DNA of 64,000 nt from Candidatus Latescibacterota bacterium (GTDB taxonomy: Bacteria; Latescibacterota; UBA2968): NCBI GenBank assembly GCA_965204375.1, contig OZ241986.1, positions 2,880,001 to 2,944,000 on the forward strand, written 5' to 3'. The position numbers were made by a program, and so were the translations under genes. A model generated the notes under the pieces. The model was given only the letters and a program-made list of their open reading frames with translations, did not search any database and was not told where the DNA came from. Positions 60,377 to 64,000 of this stretch are shown one piece after another (within the stretch, counting starts at the first letter, position 1; every line of letters starts with the position of its first letter).

Positions 60377-61244
60377 TTTTTGTGCCGACCCGTTTGACAA
60401 CGACATTTTTCATCACATCAGTCGGTGGCTCAACACCCGTCCAGATCGCAAAAGACCGCGCTCCTTGAAAGACCAGCATATCCAGCCCTCCAAAAGCCAG
60501 CGCACCAACCGATTGAAACGCGCGCATCAACTGCGTTTCCAGCGGATTGAACACCGTATCGTAGAGCACCAAATCCGGATGGACAGCGCGCACATCGGCA
60601 AGGGGCGAGGCATTGACCTCGGGATACATCCCCAGCGAAGTGGTATTCACAACCACGCCCGCATCGGCAAACGCCCTGCATTGCGCATCGGCATCCAGTG
60701 CACCCACATCCATTTTTGTGCCCGTTATTTCTTCCATATCCACCGCCAGATCCTCAGCGCGTTTAACCGTGCGATTCAAAATCGTCACCCGCTGCACACT
60801 TTCTTGCGTTCCCAGCGCATACGTCACAGCGCGGGCAGCCCCACCGGCGCCGAGCACCACGCAATGCGCGGGAAATGTCACAATCCCCGCAATATCGCGC
60901 AATGCCGTCAGGACGCCATAGACATCCGTATTGTAACCGACCAACTCATCTTTTTCGCGCGAAATAGTATTAACCGCACCCACAGCCAGTGCTTCTTCTG
61001 AAATGCGATCCAGGTATTCCATCACCGCCAGCTTGTGCGGAATCGTCACATTTAACCCGCGAATATTCAGCCCGCGCAACCCCATCATCGCCTCATTCAC
61101 GCGGTCGGGCAATACGTGAAAAGCCACATAACAATAATCTACATCTAATGCGGCGATTGCGGCATTGTGCATATCGGGAGAAAACGAATGAGCCACCGGG
61201 TCGCCAATAACGCCCAGCACCTGACTTGTTGCGCGAATATTCAT
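60366..61244 (-). CDS. aroE: Shikimate dehydrogenase
   Basis: HSFSP.MHN, NVTIPHK, GAVNT, NTD, GAGGAA, GLDMLVFQG. Confidence 0.95.
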   Translation of the reverse strand: MNIRATSQVLGVIGDPVAHSFSPDMHNAAIAALDVDYCYVAFHVLPDRVNEAMMGLRGLNIRGLNVTIPHKLAVMEYLDRISEEALAVGAVNTISREKDELVGYNTDVYGVLTALRDIAGIVTFPAHCVVLGAGGAARAVTYALGTQESVQRVTILNRTVKRAEDLAVDMEEITGTKMDVGALDADAQCRAFADAGVVVNTTSLGMYPEVNASPLADVRAVHPDLVLYDTVFNPLETQLMRAFQSVGALAFGGLDMLVFQGARSFAIWTGVEPPTDVMKNVVVKRVGTKNER

Positions 61245-61399
61245 CAAGACCTTCGACTGCCATCCAGCAAATCATTTACAAACTCATCCGCAATATCAAA
61301 ACTCTCCTTCCACGAGCAGCTGTATGTATAGCGTATAAATGCCACACCGCCCAGGATCATCAAAATCGCAAATAGCGCGAGCTTAAAAAGTATCTTCAT
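61244..61399 (-). CDS. 51-aa small membrane-anchored protein (absent from the ORF track)
   Basis: MKILFKLALFAILMILGGVAFIRYTYSCSWKESFDIADEFVNDLLDGSRRS*; GAGG RBS; ATGA overlap upstream, TGATG overlap with aroE. Confidence 0.75.
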   Translation of the reverse strand: MKILFKLALFAILMILGGVAFIRYTYSCSWKESFDIADEFVNDLLDGSRRS

Positions 61400-62055
61400 A
61401 TTTTCACCTCTTTTGGTTGAACAACAGTAGATAAACAGGCAAATAACCCGGCGAAATCACGACACATATCACCCGTATTTGACACCCGGGTTTCGCCCTC
61501 GGCTACCAATCCCGCCAGTGCAAAGGTCAATCCCGTGAGGGCATCGCCGCCAGCATCGACCTCTATGCCCTCAAGGCGCACAGGCCCCTGCACCACCAGG
61601 CCATCGGGCATTTCGCCTACCTTAGCCCCCATTTGACGCAAATTTTGAATCGTCAGTGATAGGCGGTCAACCTCTCCCTGGCGCAAACCCTCTCCATCTC
61701 GAATAACCATTTCGCCCGCGGCTTGCGTGCCCATCACAGCGAGAAAAGGCACTTCACGAATAAATAGATCGGTTTGCTCGCCCCCTATGCGCGTGCGCCG
61801 CAATTCAGACCCCTGAACTTTAACCGTACGCGTCATCTCAGACTTTGATCGCGTCACCTGAATATCCAATTGTGCATTCAATCGTCGCAACAAATCCAAT
61901 GCGCGTCGGGTCTTCCAATCGTCGCCCACGCAGTGAAGGGTCAAATCCGACTGCGATAACATCGCCGCAGCGCCGAGCAAATACAGCGTAGTCTCAGGAT
62001 CCCCCGGCACATCGCATTCCCCAATAAGCCCACGCGCTTCTTTTACCTCATACAT
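61396..62055 (-). CDS. Half-size EPSP synthase (AroA)-like protein lacking catalytic residues
   Basis: About 219 aa; DVPGD, FIREVP, LRQGEVDRL, MGAKVGEMPDGL, GDAL, AGLVAEGET; lies between tyrA and aroE. Confidence 0.8.
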   Translation of the reverse strand: MYEVKEARGLIGECDVPGDPETTLYLLGAAAMLSQSDLTLHCVGDDWKTRRALDLLRRLNAQLDIQVTRSKSEMTRTVKVQGSELRRTRIGGEQTDLFIREVPFLAVMGTQAAGEMVIRDGEGLRQGEVDRLSLTIQNLRQMGAKVGEMPDGLVVQGPVRLEGIEVDAGGDALTGLTFALAGLVAEGETRVSNTGDMCRDFAGLFACLSTVVQPKEVKI

Positions 62056-62080
62056 ACTCACGTTTTCGATCTCCCCTGGC

Positions 62081-62158
62081 GAATAGACGAATAAACGAAT
62101 AGACGAACCCCGCCCAACCACCTAACTGCTATCGTTGATTCGTTGATTCGCTGATTCG
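62081..62158. repeat. Dispersed 8-mer-array element, copy 2
   Basis: GAATAGAC GAATAAAC GAATAGAC GAACCCCGCCC...TCGTTGAT TCGTTGAT TCGCTGAT TCG. Confidence 0.7.
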
Positions 62159-63268
62159 TCACCGCAGCCGCACTTGATAACCCGCATCTCGCAAAATATC
62201 GACAGACCGATCGGCTTCCTCCTGCTGCCCAAACCCCATTCGAATCGTCCCCCCTTCGCCTTCGCGCACCTTCAGCACTTCAATATCTTCAATATTAATT
62301 CCTTCGGCAGATAAACGCGATGCGACATCGGCAATCACACCGGGTTTGTCCTCCACCACCAGCAGTATTTCGTGGAGCGGGTGCAAAAATCCCTTGGAAT
62401 CTCTGGGAATCTCCCCGCGAATGCGATTGGCATAGTCAAAATCTTCTGATAACGCTTCCTGATCCACCTTCTCTCGTATCGCTACAAGCGCGTCGAGATA
62501 CGCATCGATCATCTCTCGAATAGGACCGGCATTGGTCTGACAAATATCCCGCCACATCGCGAACGGACTGGAGGCAATACGCGTCAAATCGCGGAACCCA
62601 CCCGCCGCCATTTGCAGGGGAAGACCATCGGCCTCATTGAGCCTGCCCACCAAACCCACGAGAGTAGTAGCCATCATCTGCGGCAAATGACTCACCGTCG
62701 CCGCGACTCGATCATGCGTCTCGGCCTCCATACGCATAGAACGCGCACCAATGCATTGCACCAGTGCTGCGAGCACATCCACAATTTCGTCGGAAACATC
62801 GCTTGCGGGCGTAAGCACATAAAGCGCGTTTTCAAACAAAAAGGGATCGGCTGCGCCCACGCCGCTCTTTTCCGACCCCGCCATGGGATGCCCGCCCACA
62901 AAATGCACATCTTCACGCGCAACCCGTTCTGCACATGCGACAATCGCGCCCTTTGTACTGCCCACATCTGTAATAACACAACCCGGCGAAGCCGCTTTCA
63001 CGACCGAGGGCAACTGCTCCAGAATACGCACAATAGGCGAACACAAAAATACCAGATCTGACCGCTTTATGCCATTGTCCATCGCGTCGTATTCATAGCC
63101 GCTGTCAATCACATCGAGCGCACGGGCCTCTCGCAGGGTCTCTGCGCGGCTAATACCAATAATCTCGCGCCCAATACCCAATCGCTTAAACGCCAGCCCC
63201 AGCGACCCACCAATCAACCCCACACCCACAATGGTAATCGCGGCATCTGTAAATGGAGGATCTTTCAT
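62159..63268 (-). CDS. tyrA: Prephenate dehydrogenase with C-terminal ACT domain
   Basis: GVGLIGGS, TDVGSTK, GGHPMAGSE, HD...A.VSHLP, GGFRDLTRIA, EDKPGVIA. Confidence 0.93.
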   Translation of the reverse strand: MKDPPFTDAAITIVGVGLIGGSLGLAFKRLGIGREIIGISRAETLREARALDVIDSGYEYDAMDNGIKRSDLVFLCSPIVRILEQLPSVVKAASPGCVITDVGSTKGAIVACAERVAREDVHFVGGHPMAGSEKSGVGAADPFLFENALYVLTPASDVSDEIVDVLAALVQCIGARSMRMEAETHDRVAATVSHLPQMMATTLVGLVGRLNEADGLPLQMAAGGFRDLTRIASSPFAMWRDICQTNAGPIREMIDAYLDALVAIREKVDQEALSEDFDYANRIRGEIPRDSKGFLHPLHEILLVVEDKPGVIADVASRLSAEGINIEDIEVLKVREGEGGTIRMGFGQQEEADRSVDILRDAGYQVRLR

Positions 63269-63600
63269 GTTGGTGACTCAATTTCTAAATCTAAGGCAAA
63301 TAAGATAGCGTTTTTGATCTGTCTCATCACATTGTCTGAAAGTTTGCCAAGCCTTCTTTCAAGCCGGACTTTCGGCATAGAACCAAGTCCCTGTACATTG
63401 GCGTAAGAATCTTGATTCAGAAACCTCAACTTTGGCAATACCACCTCATAGGGACTTTGCCTGTACTGAGTCGTTAAAGGGATATAAGTTATCATAGCTC
63501 GCGGCGGGTCTGGATCGTAGCGAGATACCAAGAGAACAGGTCGTGTTTTTGCAGCTAAACCAAGATCCGCCAGCCAAATTTCACCGGGTTGTGGGTTCAT
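63265..63600 (-). CDS. PemK/MazF family toxin
   Basis: GEIWLADLG...KTRPVLLVS...IPLTT. Confidence 0.9.
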   Translation of the reverse strand: MNPQPGEIWLADLGLAAKTRPVLLVSRYDPDPPRAMITYIPLTTQYRQSPYEVVLPKLRFLNQDSYANVQGLGSMPKVRLERRLGKLSDNVMRQIKNAILFALDLEIESPT

Positions 63601-63766
63601 CGAGTAGATTCAAAACCTCCTGTTCTACGAAACGCGATTGCATGATATCCAGGACATCATGGTCTGCGAGATCAATAATTTCCGCTACTCGCCCCCTAAC
63701 CTCCGCTACCGTATTGGGCTTCCATTCGCGTAATTTTGCGTTTAATTTTTTTGCTAAAACATCCAT
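63581..63766 (-). CDS. Putative antitoxin of the PemK toxin
   Basis: 61 aa, acidic C-terminus, GGAGGAG RBS, overlaps the toxin start. Confidence 0.65.
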   Translation of the reverse strand: MDVLAKKLNAKLREWKPNTVAEVRGRVAEIIDLADHDVLDIMQSRFVEQEVLNLLDEPTTR

Positions 63767-63857
63767 TGATTCTCCTCCATTAGGCTGCTTGTGGTATTGA
63801 TTCTCCTCCATTAGGCTGCTTGTGGTATTGATTCTCCTCCATTAGGCTGCTTGTGGT
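63765..63857. repeat. Perfect tandem repeat, 3 x 31 bp
   Basis: ATTGATTCTCCTCCATTAGGCTGCTTGTGGT at 63765, 63796 and 63827, with no spacers. Confidence 0.97.
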
Positions 63858-64000
63858 TTGACGTAAACTTCGACTTGCATCCCAGCCAGCGTCAGCATAT
63901 TAATCAATTTATCCACGCTAAAACGACGAATATCTCCCTGAATTAAATTACTAATACGCGGCTGGGATTCGCCAAAAAATGTAGCGGCTTGACTCTGGGT
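63842..64000 (-). CDS. Partial XRE/HTH_37 (HigA-like) protein, C-terminal part
   Basis: TQSQAATFFGESQPRISNLIQGDIRRFSVDKLINMLTLAGMQVEVYVKPQAA*. Confidence 0.8.
   Translation of the reverse strand, partial: TQSQAATFFGESQPRISNLIQGDIRRFSVDKLINMLTLAGMQVEVYVKPQAA

Noticed and set aside
63765-63857. CRISPR array or type III TA RNA antitoxin
   Set aside because: There are no spacers and no cas genes. The unit is explained as a gene end plus RBS, no terminator separates it from the downstream genes, and a protein antitoxin candidate is present.

Overview
Bacterial chromosomal window, about 50% GC. It mixes core metabolism with short accessory islands. Core genes: oadG-oadB-oadA Na+-translocating decarboxylase with a convergent birA, yejABEF, glnE-glnB, glgB, uxuA, and a long minus-strand tyrA-(aroA-like)-aroE-ubiE-argS-aroK-aroB-purF run. 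Catabolic genes (two PhyH dioxygenases, a sulfatase, a LarA-family protein, an SSS transporter, a glycoside hydrolase, an aldolase) suggest a heterotroph resembling Latescibacterota/Gemmatimonadota; this taxonomy is inference only. Candidate defence or selfish modules lie at 1-1461, 13703-14360, 24850-29912, 36397-38184 and 63265-64000. Strongest leads: (1) a defence island combining an R-M pair with an atypical DGGY motif, a helix-hairpin-helix glycosylase-like gene and a pentapeptide-FRG fusion broken by one nonsense codon; (2) an intact half-size EPSP-synthase-like protein that lacks catalytic residues, sits at the aroA position and is coupled to an unannotated 51-aa membrane ORF; (3) a 39-aa ORF resembling the detached last TM helix of the upstream SSS symporter; (4) a perfect 3x31-bp tandem repeat of a stop/RBS junction in a TA operon that is coupled to tyrA; (5) an AAA ATPase plus DUF3226/TOPRIM pair with a homopolymer frameshift; (6) two dispersed composite repeat families. 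No rRNA, tRNA or CRISPR array was recognised. All family calls come from motif recognition, not database searches.
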